From the human T2T-CHM13v2.0 reference genome, Homo sapiens: a stretch of DNA of 64,000 nt. The position numbers and the translations under genes are program-made. Positions 16,114 through 27,799 of the stretch are shown here, in pieces. The stretch is from NCBI RefSeq assembly GCF_009914755.1, contig NC_060938.1. One strand, 5' to 3'. The notes below the pieces were generated by a model. The model searched no databases. It was not told where the DNA came from and saw nothing but the letters and a program-made list of their open reading frames with translations. How positions within the stretch are numbered: position 1 is the first letter of the stretch; each line of letters begins with the position of its first letter.

Positions 16114-19100
16114 GAACGATATGAATTCTCAACAACAACAAAAAAGTACTGCCCCTAACAGCATTCCACCCAAGAAAAGCTTATGTAAAACATTTATACA
16201 GCCCATAGAAGCATAAACCAGATGAAGACAATGTGCCTATGGCTACTCTTCAGGTATTTTTAGTGACTGAGTCTATTACCTATTATCATAAATCTTACCA
16301 TGAGCTCTCGTTTTTCCTAAGGAGTCTGAAATACAGCATTTTAATAGGCAGTACCCAACCTGACAACTGGATTAAATGCTAAAAATGCATTTATATCTAT
16401 TTGTTGTTTGCACTTCTAGGTACAATTTCTTATAGAACGACTGCAGAGAAATTCAGCCTATGTGACCTAAAATACAGTTGAATGAGTACTTACTGCCCCT
16501 CTGTTCTTACTATTAATGAAGAAGACAGGTATCCTAGTGCCCTGTAGAGAAGGAATTTCTGAAACGTGAAGGACTGTGTGTTACCCTCAGAGAGGCACTT
16601 ATGCACCTTCTTTATCCTTATTAGTTGTTCCTAAAACCTAAGATACAGGTATGGCAACTATAATCACTATGAGAATACATGTATATATATAACCCAGGAA
16701 CCAAGCAAAACAAAATGCCAATTGTCCTCTCTGAAGATCAGCACCCTTGAAAAGTTCACACAATTCAAGTTTATACTTTTAATTATTTTCCTGAGGGACA
16801 TGAAAATAACTGGAACAAAACAAAATAACAGTCTGAATTGTATGAACTGTATAAAGGAATTCAGCACAAAGCCTGGAAGCAGAATGCTTATGATCTGGTA
16901 TGATTCACACCCCCTCTTTTCTACTTATAGAATGGCAGAAATCATAAAGCAAAACCATTGTAAATTTAACTTGGAAATGTAAAGAGCAATGTCAAATGTC
17001 CCAAGTCTATAGTTTAAGTGATTATAGAAAGAAATAATAGGCTTTACTAGTCACTGATAAACAATGTGGTTTAAAACATTTTCAGATTTGTTAAAATTTA
17101 AAGGAAACTAGTCTTATTTATGGATTTAATATTCATATTAACTTTTCCAATATCACAGAGTATCTCAAAACACTTTCAACAGTAAAGATGAGATTAACTT
17201 ATTTCCAAAAACCCTTTGATGTATCATTAGTACAAACAACATGCAATTACACTACATTTTGAGACAAACAGAATGAATATGCTACCAAAGCAGCATGACA
17301 TACAACACCATGCTAATAGTAGATGACAAGCAAACCTTAAAATTAGGGATGACGGGTGTGATGTTTTTGCATAGAAGTGATAGCTGACCCAGAAGGGCAG
17401 GCATCGGTGGCCTTATAGAGAAGCAGATTGGGATGCTAATAAAAATTGTAGGGGTAAGGAAGAGAAGGACAGGAGAATTAAGCTACAAAGCAAAGATGTG
17501 AAATATCTCCATTTTGCCTGTATGTTATCCACCCATCCAACCAACCAGTTATTAAAATACTTAAAAGGAACTAGACACTTATCAAGTCTTGTTCTTACTT
17601 GGGTCAAAGGCACATACAGTGTTTGCATGGTTGCATAAAAGTGCAATTTGATCTCAGTACAGAAAAATCTAATTGGTACTCACTCATTGAATTCACCCTC
17701 AACCTTGGTCTCATTAGTAAGTGCTCACTGACTGAAACTTTGCAACTTTTGGGTCAGTTGGTCCTCTAGCCATACATTCAACTCTGAGAAAGTCTCTAAC
17801 CTAATCTGTTTTTAGCTTCAATGGCCTCTCCTGCCAGATAAAACCAAAGTAAGGAAATAGAATGTCTTGCGAAAAGCTGTGGAAACGCACAGGCAACTGG
17901 AATAATGGAGCCATATCCCAGATACAACTTGGAGCTATAACTTATCTCTTGACTTCTAAATTAAGACACAGATTAATGGCGCATACATATATATATATAA
18001 CCTTATATCTATATATATCTCCTAGCATTAAACCAGGGACTGCTCTCAACCTTGTTCAACATAATGTTCAGTATATTTACTGCAAAAGGACACGCTTTCG
18101 GAGAAAAACAATGCCGTACAGCAATGTGCAAATCACTTGATCCTATAAAGGGTCAGTTTCCTTTCTGTAAAACAGGGTTATTTATCATTACCCTGCCTCA
18201 TAGTGCCACTGAGAGGCTCAAACAACACAGTGAATGTGAAACTGCTGAAGTATTTTTACTATGTAAGGTGCTCCTTTTGTGAACGTCTAAACTTTCTTCT
18301 AATAAGAGCTTTACTGTAAGGTTCTTTAGAATATCCATATAAAGAAGATCTAAATTAATAGGGTTTTGGAGGTGGCGATGGAGAAAAATGATGATTGGGA
18401 GGGATACTGGGTCAGAATATAAGGCGTTAGTTCTGGAATTACAGTGAAGTCCTGATGCAAAACCAGAACAGTTATGTGCTTACCCTCTGCAGACCCTGGC
18501 CAACTCCCTCGCTGCCCGCCCGCCTCCTCCGCCCGACTGTTACTTTTAGGTGAACTACTGGGGAGAAGTTGAGTGTGGTGGTGTATGGGGAGGGACTTTC
18601 AACCCTGAAGATCAACTTCTTCCCCAATCCCTTTAACAAACACTCCTCCTCCTCTTCGGGCCTTGTTCAGTTAGCCGAAACTATTTCTGGTAAGAAAATG
18701 GCTGTTACAAAATTTCTTTTAGGCAGCGTCCTATGAGTACCTACTCCTTCCCTCACCATGAACTATTTCTAACAGATTCAGAGTCAGAAAATCGTGTTAT
18801 GTGTATGTTTTGTTTCTTCCAAGGCTCACCCACAGGCCTCACCCTCCCAGTCTTAACGCTCCCATATATAAAATGAAAAGTGACAGCGCCTGTCAGCTCC
18901 ATCCCACGGCCACCAAGAGGATGAATGAGTGCCTGGAAGGCGCCAGAAGTGGTGTCTGTTAAACACCCCGTCCACCACTGTTTATAAAGTATCGTGATGA
19001 GTCCCGTTATGCCTTTCCGCTCAAGGAAACCGCCTAGTTAGAACCAACACTCTCCGTCACTGAGGAAGGCAACACTGAAGTTGGCCGGGCACGTATTATG

Positions 19101-19176
19101 CACAGAATCTGTGTCGGGGTGCGGGGACGGAGCGACCCCCCGTTACCGGGCGGGGCGGGGCTCAGGGCAAGCCTAC

Positions 19177-19775
19177 CTGTTGTTCCGGATGCTGACCAGC
19201 ACGCAAAGCACCAGCTCCAAGTAGGTGCGCAGCACTTCCAGCCAACGAGCTGAGAGCTGCAGGGCCTCGACTTCCTCCCCTCCAGTCCCGGTGTCCGCGC
19301 CACCTCCGTCCCCTGGGCCACCGCCGCTCAGATAGTTCTCGGCGGCGAATTCAACACGCAGCTCTCGCACGAACCAGCCGCACTTGCGCATGAGGAATTC
19401 CAGCCGAGGCTGCTCCGCGGGCGAGACGCGGAGGCAGATGCGGAGCTGGGGCCACAGGGCCGGATAGAAGAGGCACTCACGCCAGTGCGAGCAGGAGGCC
19501 GAGGCCCGCAGCCGGTCGGGCGCCGGCAGAAAAGAGAAGATGTGCACGATCAGCTCGCTGGGCAGCGACGCAGCGCCCGCCGCCTGCCCGCACAGAGCCA
19601 TCCGGCCCCGCCGCCGGCTGCCGGCTCCCGGCCGCCCCCGCAGTACCCGGAGCAGCCCCCGCAGCCGTCGCAGCTGCTGCAGCCGCAGCCGCCGCCACCG
19701 CGCCACCCGGGCGGCCCCGGCTCGGGTTCGAGCTCCCGGCGGTCGGGGCTGCGGCACTGACAAGAACAACAACAT
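19177..19775 (-). CDS. FBXO33: F-box only protein 33, coding part of exon 1 (aa 1-200, last codon split, phase 2)
   Basis: ORF MLLFLSVPQP...IRNNR contains an F-box motif (SLPSELIVHIFSFLPAPDRLRASASCSHWREC). ATG at 19775-19773 with an in-frame TAG 9 nt upstream. The reading frame runs into a splice donor ACAG|GTAGGC (GT at 19176-19175). It lies in a CpG island, and the N-terminus matches FBXO33 as I recall it. Confidence 0.95.
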
Positions 19776-20054
19776 CAATGACTAGGAAGAAGGGGGCGGA
19801 ACCGTCGTGGGTCTCGGCGGAACCAAGTAGAACACAAGTTGTGGAGAGGGGGAAAGGCCTCTGCGGGCGTGGCCTGCCGGGAGCCAGCCTCTGTCTTCTC
19901 AAACTCTACTCACGTGCGTCCGAGGCCGGCACACTGAGTAACTGCACTGCCCTCGCTCGTAAACTTCAGCGGCCCGGAAGCCTCAAGGCGTACTGTAAGG
20001 AAAAGGCAGCCCTCCCTGCGCCGGTCGGCAGAGACAGAGAAGTGGTAGGAGCTG

Positions 20055-20225
20055 AGTTTGACGTCGCCGCTGGTGGGAGGAGTCCGGCGCGCACCGGCGC
20101 GACTTCCGGAAGAGGGGAGCGCCCGATTGCCTGTAGGGACGGGAGGCGCGGCACGTGATCTCTGACGCACGCAGGCCGCGGGGCGGGGCGGGGCTGGGCG
20201 GGGCGGGGCGGGGCTGGGCGGGACT
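20055..20225. promoter_or_regulatory. TATA-less core promoter of FBXO33, probably bidirectional
   Basis: CRE-like TGACGTCG at 20059-20066. Palindromic double ETS site CTTCCGGAAG at 20103-20112. E-box CACGTG at 20152-20157. Half-CRE TGACG at 20163-20167. GGGCGG box array at 20180-20222. An extra E-box (19911-19916) and ETS site (19974-19980) lie in the leader. Confidence 0.8.
20181..20220 (+). repeat. Perfect 2 x 20-bp GC-box repeat with G-quadruplex potential
   Basis: (GGGCGGGGCGGGGCTGGGCG)x2; nine G-runs of 3 or more between 20180 and 20222. Confidence 0.9.
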
Positions 20226-20941
20226 GGAACCGGCACTTGGCACCCCTTACGCCTTACGGTGGCCGCTGCGCCCAGTCACATCTGTAAGTCGGTTAATTTT
20301 GGCGCTCGGTCGATGGAGGTGGCGGTACTCTGGTTTAGTGCGAGAGGTCGTCACGCTTCTTTGTAAAACGTTTCTCAGTTTGGGCTGAGGACCCTGAGCC
20401 AAAGTGGCGGCATGCAGGGTCTTTCTCAGCCATCCCACCTGCCCAGAGTAGGGTTAAGAATTCCTGAGATTGCGCCGCTGAGAGGGAGCTGGCGGACGGG
20501 CGGGCTAACCCCGGCGGGCTGTGCCGGGAGGGGCGGTGTGGGGCGTGGCGGAGGCCGCGAATGGACCTGCCCCCTCGGTCCAACCACGCAGGTGGACTTC
20601 CGCGCACTCGCTGGTGTGTGGGGAAGCAGTGAGGACAGCGTCACCCTTTGGATTCAGAGGGAGAGAAAAAAATTGGCAAAGGGATCTGAGATCCGCAGGT
20701 TGTGACCAGCCTCTTCTCCAGGGCTTGAGGAAGGGTCTCTGTTCCCTGTGCTGAGATTTAAGGCTCTCGTTGAAAAGTTCACAGTAATGACAGAGCTTTG
20801 ATTTTTTTTCTTTCTTCTTCTTCTTTTTTTGCCTGGTACCCCTAACTTAGATTTTCCAAACCATGTCCCTAACTTCACCACAGCCTACTGCAAAGTAAAC
20901 TCTGGTTGCAAAGAGTGGTGAAGTCAGAAAAGATTAAGTGA

Positions 20942-21018
20942 CTTTATGTAATAATCGAGGGTTGCTTTAGGGAGGCTGCCTCTTTATGTAATAATTGAGA
21001 GTTGCTTTAGGGAGGCTG
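20942..21018 (+). repeat. Tandem duplication, 40-bp period
   Basis: ctttatgtaataat(c/t)gag(g/a)gttgctttagggaggctg at 20942 and 20982; 35/37 identical. Confidence 0.9.
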
Positions 21019-21070
21019 TGATGTTGGAATAGCATCGTTCTTTTGTGGTAAACACCAAGACTTTTTGGAC

Positions 21071-21202
21071 TTTTTTTTTTTTTTTTGGTTTTAAGGAGCG
21101 GAGAATTTAATAGGCAAGAAAGAAGGAAGAAGGCTGAAGGAAGAAGCTCCCCACTACAGAGACAGACGGAGGGGGCTCCCAAGACGAAAGAGGAGACCCC
21201 CA
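21071..21202 (-). mobile_element. Poly(A)-tailed ERV1 LTR fragment (LTR9/MER61-like R region)
   Basis: On the minus strand: ...cttgcctATTAAA, 19 nt, then A16. The family assignment is from recall. Confidence 0.6.
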
Positions 21203-21439
21203 TTCTAGATGTTCTTAACCCTTTGAGGGCAAAGCTCTCCGTTTAATGCCTTGCACATATCAGGTTGCCAACAACATGGTGTGGTTTATCAATTGTGATA
21301 GGTTACTTATTCGAGCCCCTGTTTACAAGAGTTTTAGGTAATTATACCTTATTAATTTTAATGAACTCTTAGAGGGCGACCCCAGTCGTGGGTTCGGCAG
21401 GATGAAACACTACCCATTTACCAGTTTACAGACATTTAG

Positions 21440-21655
21440 GTCGTTTCGAGTTATGAATAATGCTGTGAACATTCATGAGCAAGTCTTTATGTGGACGTAT
21501 GTTTTAATTTGTCTTGGGTAGATACCTAGGAATGAAAGTGATGGGTCGTAGGGTAGTTCTATGTATAACTTTTTGAGAAACGGAAACTTTTTCCAAAGTG
21601 GCTGCATCATTTTTCATTCCCACCAGCCATGTATGAGGGTTTCCAGTTCTCTGAC
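21440..21655 (-). mobile_element. L1M fragment
   Basis: gctgtgaacattcatg...cattcccaccagc...atgagggtt motif. Confidence 0.7.
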
Positions 21656-24600
21656 TTTTTTTTTTTTAATATTCTAGAAATGCACTGTAATTTGAGATTG
21701 ATATTTTTTTCTTAGCATTTTGCTAGCAACAAGCTACCATCTTGGAGATCATTAATAATTAGTCTTTAATTATTAGGAATGGTTCCTGAGTAAAATGAAA
21801 ATATGTCAGTCTGCCATAAATGAAATTCATTATTTTAGAATTTCAAACTTTCTTCTTAAATGAAGTGTGGTAGGAATCCTATTTTAACAACTGTAAGCTA
21901 AAGAATTAGCTGTGAATCTTGCCCAGTTTCAATAATAAATCAGTGAATTCCAATGGTTGCACAAAATTTATCTTATCAGGCCAATATATTTACTATTAAT
22001 TAAATGTATATTGAGTATGTATATTTAGCATGTTAAGTGAGTTAGATTCTTTTGACATATATTCTATACTGCTAAAATAAAATTGACTCATATAGGACAG
22101 AATGGAATTACATTTTGTGAAGTTATAAAATCTGAGCTATGATTCAGAGTGTGGGAGGAAGTACTGACGTTATGAAGCTCATAAGTACCTAGTAGTACTA
22201 AGCTCCAGGTTCCAAAAGTGGCATATTGTCACTATAGCAACCACCATGCTTATTTGGATTTGAAACCCAGGCAACGAATGGTGGATAGGACTATAATATT
22301 AAGGTAGGTATCTGCTCTGGTGGATTGATATGCCTGCCTGTTGATAGTCAATGGTCTGTTCTGTTTTTCTTGTTATACTCATGGTTAATTCTTTTAGAGA
22401 TAAATTAAGCACTTAATATTTTTATATTTCTCCTTTTCTAACATGCTAAGTTTAGTGTTTTTCCTAGTTAGGTAATTGGGGTATTAAATATATCTTACTA
22501 TAGCTTTCTTTCCATTTTTGCTTAAGTTTGGCAACTTTCTTTGGGTTAAATATAACTTTTATTATACTGAATCACTTGCAATTTTATAATAGAAAAAAGT
22601 AACCATGACAGATTTTATTTTAGCTGCATCATGAAACGATGTTCAAGGCTACCAGTAAACATGAAAATTGCCTAAATTCTAATATTTCTTGAAAAAATAC
22701 AGTTTTCTGAGTGATGTCTGGGTTTCAGACATTGTTGACAGGTAGAGGTGACATAATACCCTTCCAATTATCTCTTAGCATGCACCCATAAATTTACCTA
22801 GAGGCACAGGAACCTCCTGCGACAGTAGATCTGGGTACCTCATTCCCGTCACCCTTGTCTGGTGGATTGAAGTGTTTCCTAGTGGAATCATATTACAGTA
22901 AAAAGAAATGAGGGATTGAAGGGAATTCATCTTTAGAGGAGGAAGTCTGCGTTGGTGAGCTACATGACAGAGGACCGCGTCATTGGTTTGTCAGTCTAGG
23001 TGTAGCATGTCGCTGATATCACAACTTTTTCTAACCAAGCCACTCATGAGTTGATTGTGCAAGACCTCTCTCCATAAAGCAGGGATTGATAGTTCATATA
23101 TCAAAGGAATCAGATACGTGTAGTGAGAGAAGAATTGGGTACTGTGCAATATAGGGAGATGGAAAGATTTTGTCTTACAGGAGGATGCTTTTCGCAAGTG
23201 GGAAAGTGGGCTCTGTGTTTCCAGATTTCCTAGTTTTTCAAAAGTAACTAAAATCCTCATTTTTAAAAAGGTTAAACCTTCAGATTGCCAATTTATTTAC
23301 ATTAAAAATATTCTGTGGGCATAACAAAACCAGATTTAGTCTTCAGGGCACCAGATTTCAAATTCTTTACCAAAGTTCTCAAAACTGTGGGCCAAGGCCA
23401 TATTTTGTCTCTGTAGCTAGGCCTACTAGCTAATCCCCGCATTTTAAGTCCACTTCCAGAGCTATTTTTTTCCCTATCCATCCCATTTAGTTAAAAAATG
23501 AATTCAAAAGGTTTAACTTGAATGCCTGTTTTATTGCATTACTGATTTCTTCCCTTTTATTTAAGAGGATGGGTGTTTTCAGAGGTACCCTTTATTGCTT
23601 AAGTACATATTAAAAACTAAGTGTTATGTTTAACACAGCTGGTTCAACCAATAAAATTCCTTGACTTCTAGTTAAAATCAGTAATTGACTAATGATCCTC
23701 GTTGGAGTTGTGCAGCTTAGATTATAGGCAGGATCCCCCAACGGGGCTCACGGGACTGTTACTTAAGAGGCACAGTCTCCAAAGTAGTCATTTTAATTGG
23801 GTTCCTTTGGTTGTTTAACCTAACTAGCTTAAGCACTGAGAGGATTTTCTTTTCTCCTTCCCTCTGGCCCTCTTCCTCCTCTTCCTGGAGTTTTGAGGAC
23901 ATCCACAGGTATCCTTTGATGTGTAGGGACCGGAATGGAAAACTAAAAGCAGGAGCTAAGGTTACTCTCTTCATCTCTGAGTACCACAGTTTCTTGGAAT
24001 CTTCATCAAGCTTTTCCAGGTCATACTGGCTGAGTAATCTTAAGACTTTGTCATGAAGAAATATATTATTCATGGCTAATTACTGCAATATTCTCATTGC
24101 AGAATTTAATATTTAATCCTTTGGAAAATCTTTTTAGCCCATTAGGTGCTGAAAAGGAGAAATGAAGTGAATATTTTCATATAGTAGCATTAATTGGAAT
24201 GTTGTCTTGCTCTAGGCCAAAGGGGTTTCACTTGATGTGCCAATTTTAATTAGTTTTGCAGGCTGAGAAGTACTATGTTAAGAAAGATTTTGAGGTTGTC
24301 CTCATTCTACTGGAAGGAGTATCATTTGATTTGTGATGTCTGCCATAGTTGGAAAGAATTGGTGACCTGTTTAGGTAATTATTGTCTAATGTGACTATAT
24401 ATTAGTGTTTGTTTTCTACATTTGTTGCACTGTGCAGATACATTCTTTAGTGAATTGTATTCATGCTAATTCCTTATTTTATGAATAGCAACAGATCACT
24501 TAAATAAGTTTTATAAATTATTTCAAATTAGGAATTTTTATAATATAGCTACAACGTATTAAGTAAATTTTGACATCTATAGATGAATCAACTCGTAACT

Positions 24601-24970
24601 GAATTATCTGGGAATGTGAATCAGTTCTTCATTTATATTGAATATTAAAAGGGGAGTCATACTTTCATACCACAAGGAAAATAAAACAAATTTTTCATTC
24701 ACTTGAAGGTTATGGAATTTCTTCCATAGTATTCAGTTTATGTAGGAAGATTCTCATATCTCTAAAATCTAACCCTTTAGCAAGAAATTTCTAGTAGAAA
24801 TTCATTACATTTTTTTTCTTAAGAGTAATACATGACCATGGTAACAAAAAAATGTAGTACAAAAGTACTGTTGATGAAAAGCAACAGATTTTCATCTCTT
24901 GCCTCCCATTGTCAGGCCTACTCCCAGAAACATTTTTAACAATTTTGATGTTAGATTCATTAGGTAATTT

Positions 24971-26849
24971 TATTTCATTTAATTCATTTTTCTTTTTTTC
25001 CCCCATACCTTGCTCTCTTCCCTCCCCCTCCCCACCAGTAGTCCCCAGTGTCTGTTGTTGCCATGTTTATATCCATGAGTACCCAGTGTTCAGCTCTCAC
25101 TTACACGTGAGAACATCGGTATTTGGTTTTCTGTTCCTGCATTAATTCACTTAGGATAATGGCCTTCAGCTGCATCCATGTTGCTGCAAAGGACATGATT
25201 TTTCTTATTTTTAATGGCTGTATAGTATACCATGGTATATATGTACCACATTTTCTTTATCCAGTTCATATGATGGTCATCTAGGTTGATTCCATGTCTT
25301 TGCTATTATGAATAGTATTGTGGTGAACATGCGAGCATGTATGTCTTTTTGGTAGGATGATTTGTTTTCTTTTGGATATATATCCAGCAGCGGGGTTGCT
25401 GGATCGAATAGTACTTCTAAGTTCTTTGGGAAATCTCCAAACTGCTTTCCACAGTGGCTGAACTAATTTACATTTCCACCAGAGTGTATAAGTGTTCCCT
25501 TTTCTCTGCAGCCTTGCCAACATCTGTTATTTTTTGACTTTTTAAATAACAGCCATTCTGACTGGTGTCAGATGGTATCTCGTGGTTCAGATTTGAATTT
25601 CTCTGACGGTTAGTGATGTGGAATATTTTTTTCATATGTTTGTTGGCTGCTTATGTGTCTTATTTAGGAAAGTGTCTATTCATGTCTTGCCCATTGTTTA
25701 ATGGGGTTATTTGTTTTTCGCTTGTTCAGTGGTTTAAGCTCTTTTAGATTCTGGATATTAGACCTTTGTTTGTGGTGTAGTTTGCAAATATTTTCTCCCA
25801 TTTTGTAGGTTGTCTATTTACTCTGTTGATAGTTTCTTTTGCTGGGCAGAAGGTCTTTAGTTTAACTAGGTCCCACTCGTCAAATTTTGTTTTTGTTGCA
25901 ATTGCTTTTGATAATTTAGGCATAAATTATTTCCCAAGGCTGATGTCCAGAATGGTGTTTCCTAGGTTTTCTTCTAGGATTCTTGTAGTTTGAGGTCTTA
26001 CATTGAAATCTTTCATCCATCTTGAGTTAATCTTTTTATATGGTGAAAGGTAGGGGTCCAGTTTAATTCTTTTGCATATGGCTAGCTAGCTACCCCAGCA
26101 CCATTTATTGAATAAGGAGCCGTTTCTCCATTGCTTATTTTTGTCAACTTTGTCAAGGATTAGAAGGCTGTAGGAGTGTGGCTTTGTTTCTGGGTTCTCT
26201 ATTCTGTTCATTGGTCTATGCTGTCTGTTTTTATATCACTACTATGTTGTTTTGGTTACTATAGCCTTATAGTACAGTTTGAAATCAGGTAATGTGATGC
26301 CTCTGGCTCTGTTCTTTTTGCTTAGGATTGCTTTCACTATTCAGACTCTTTTTTTGGTTCCATATGAATTTTGGAGTAGTTTTTTCCAATTCTGTGAAAA
26401 ATGACATTGGTAGTTTGTTAAGAATAGTGTTGAATCTGTACATTGCTTTGGGCAATATGGCCAGTTTAACAATATTGATTTTTCCAGTCCCTGTGCATTG
26501 AATGTTTTTCCATTTGTTTGTGTCATTTATAATTTTTTTTCAGCAGTGTTTTGTAGTCCTTTTTGTAGAGATCTTTCACCTCCTTAGTTATATATATCCC
26601 TAGGTTTGTGTGTGTGTGTGTGGCTATTGTAAATGGGATCATGTTCTTGATTTGGTTCTCAGCTTCAACATTATTGGTGTATAGAAATGCTACTGATTTT
26701 TGTACATTGATTTTGTATCCTGAAACTTTACCAAAGTCATTTATCAGTTCCAGGAGCCTTTTGGTGGAGTCTTTACGGTTTTTTAGATATACAGTTATAC
26801 TGATAGCAAAGAGAGATAGTTTGACATCTTTTCCTATTTGGATGCCTCT
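24971..26849 (-). mobile_element. 5'-truncated L1 (old L1PA/L1PB), ORF2 C-terminus plus 3' UTR
   Basis: ORF2 remnant [17 protein letters not shown]; TSD ttaggtaattt (24960-24970 / 26850-26860). Confidence 0.88.
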
Positions 26850-26884
26850 TTAGGTAATTTCAAATTATATGCCTTTACTTACAC

Positions 26885-27163
26885 TTTTTTCTCTTCTTTT
26901 TTTTGAGAACAGGTCTCACTCTGTTGCCCTGGCTGGAGTGCATTGACAGGATCATGCCTCACTGCAGCCTCAACCTCCCAGCTCAAGCAATCCTCCTGCC
27001 TCAGCCTCCCAAGTAGCTAGGATTATAGGCAGGCACCACCACACCTGGTTAATTTTTAAATTTTTTGTAGAGATGGGGTCTTCAACTCCTGGCCTTAAGC
27101 AATCCTCCCACCTTAGCCTTTCATAGTGCAAGGATTACATGTATGGGCCACTAGGCCCAGCCG
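26885..27163 (-). mobile_element. AluJ
   Basis: Diverged antisense Alu. Confidence 0.85.
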
Positions 27164-27304
27164 CTACCTGTGCTTTTTAACTGATTAACTTTAGACATCA
27201 TCTGTTTACTCCCTTTTTGTAAAATATGAAGATGTATTTCAATTACATTACTCTCTTTCCCTCTTCCATATTCCTACCAATATTTGATAATCGTAATATT
27301 TTGT

Positions 27305-27608
27305 TTTTCTCTTGGTTTTTTTTTTGGAGATGGAGTCTTGCTCTATTGCCAAGGCTGGAGTATAGTGATGTGATCTTGGCTCACTGCAGCCTCCATCTTC
27401 TGGTTCAAGCAATTCTCCTGCCTCAGCCTCCTGAGTAGCTGGGACTCCAGGTGTGCATCACCACACCTGGCTAATTTTTGTATTTTTAGTGGAGATGGGG
27501 TTTCACCATGTTGGTCAGGCTAGTTTTGGACTCCTGGCCTCAAGTAATCTTCCTGCCTCAGCCTTCCAAAGTGCTGGGTTTATAGGCATGAGCCACCGTG
27601 TCCAGCCT
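27305..27608 (-). mobile_element. Alu (S/J)
   Basis: Antisense dimeric Alu. Confidence 0.88.
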
Positions 27609-27799
27609 CTTGGTTGTTCTTACATTAATCAGCTTTTGCTACATAGCAGTCACAATCTTCTGTCTATAATTGGCTAGATTATAGTATGTTAGATAAATAT
27701 TAGGCAAATATTCACTTTTTTCCCCTTTACCCACCTTTATGGAAAAAGCATACTTTCTCCCATGATTATTGATGTTGGATTTGGGTCTTACGATTTGTG

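Larger units (their letters stand above)
19000..20700. promoter_or_regulatory. CpG island spanning FBXO33 exon 1 and promoter
   Basis: Abrupt rise in GC content and CpG density relative to the CpG-depleted flanks. Confidence 0.9.

Noticed and set aside
18908-18960. CTCF-like strings GGCCACCAAGAGG and GCCAGAAGTGG
   Set aside because: Spacing and core G positions do not fit the consensus.
19778-20158. 126-aa plus-strand ATG ORF head-to-head with the FBXO33 start
   Set aside because: Needs an antisense TSS inside the coding exon, has no recognisable domain, and is expected by chance in a CpG island.
20400-20412. AAAGTGGCGGC as a YY1 site
   Set aside because: Lacks the ATGG core.
22600-23200. 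Possible exons of a divergent transcript (ttttattttag acceptor ~22623, ACAG|GTAGAG ~22741)
   Set aside because: Such motifs are frequent by chance and cannot be supported without transcript data.
23759-24073. 104-aa minus-strand ORF with a protein-like charged composition
   Set aside because: No recognisable family; the Glu run comes from a CT-rich simple tract; no promoter or splice context.
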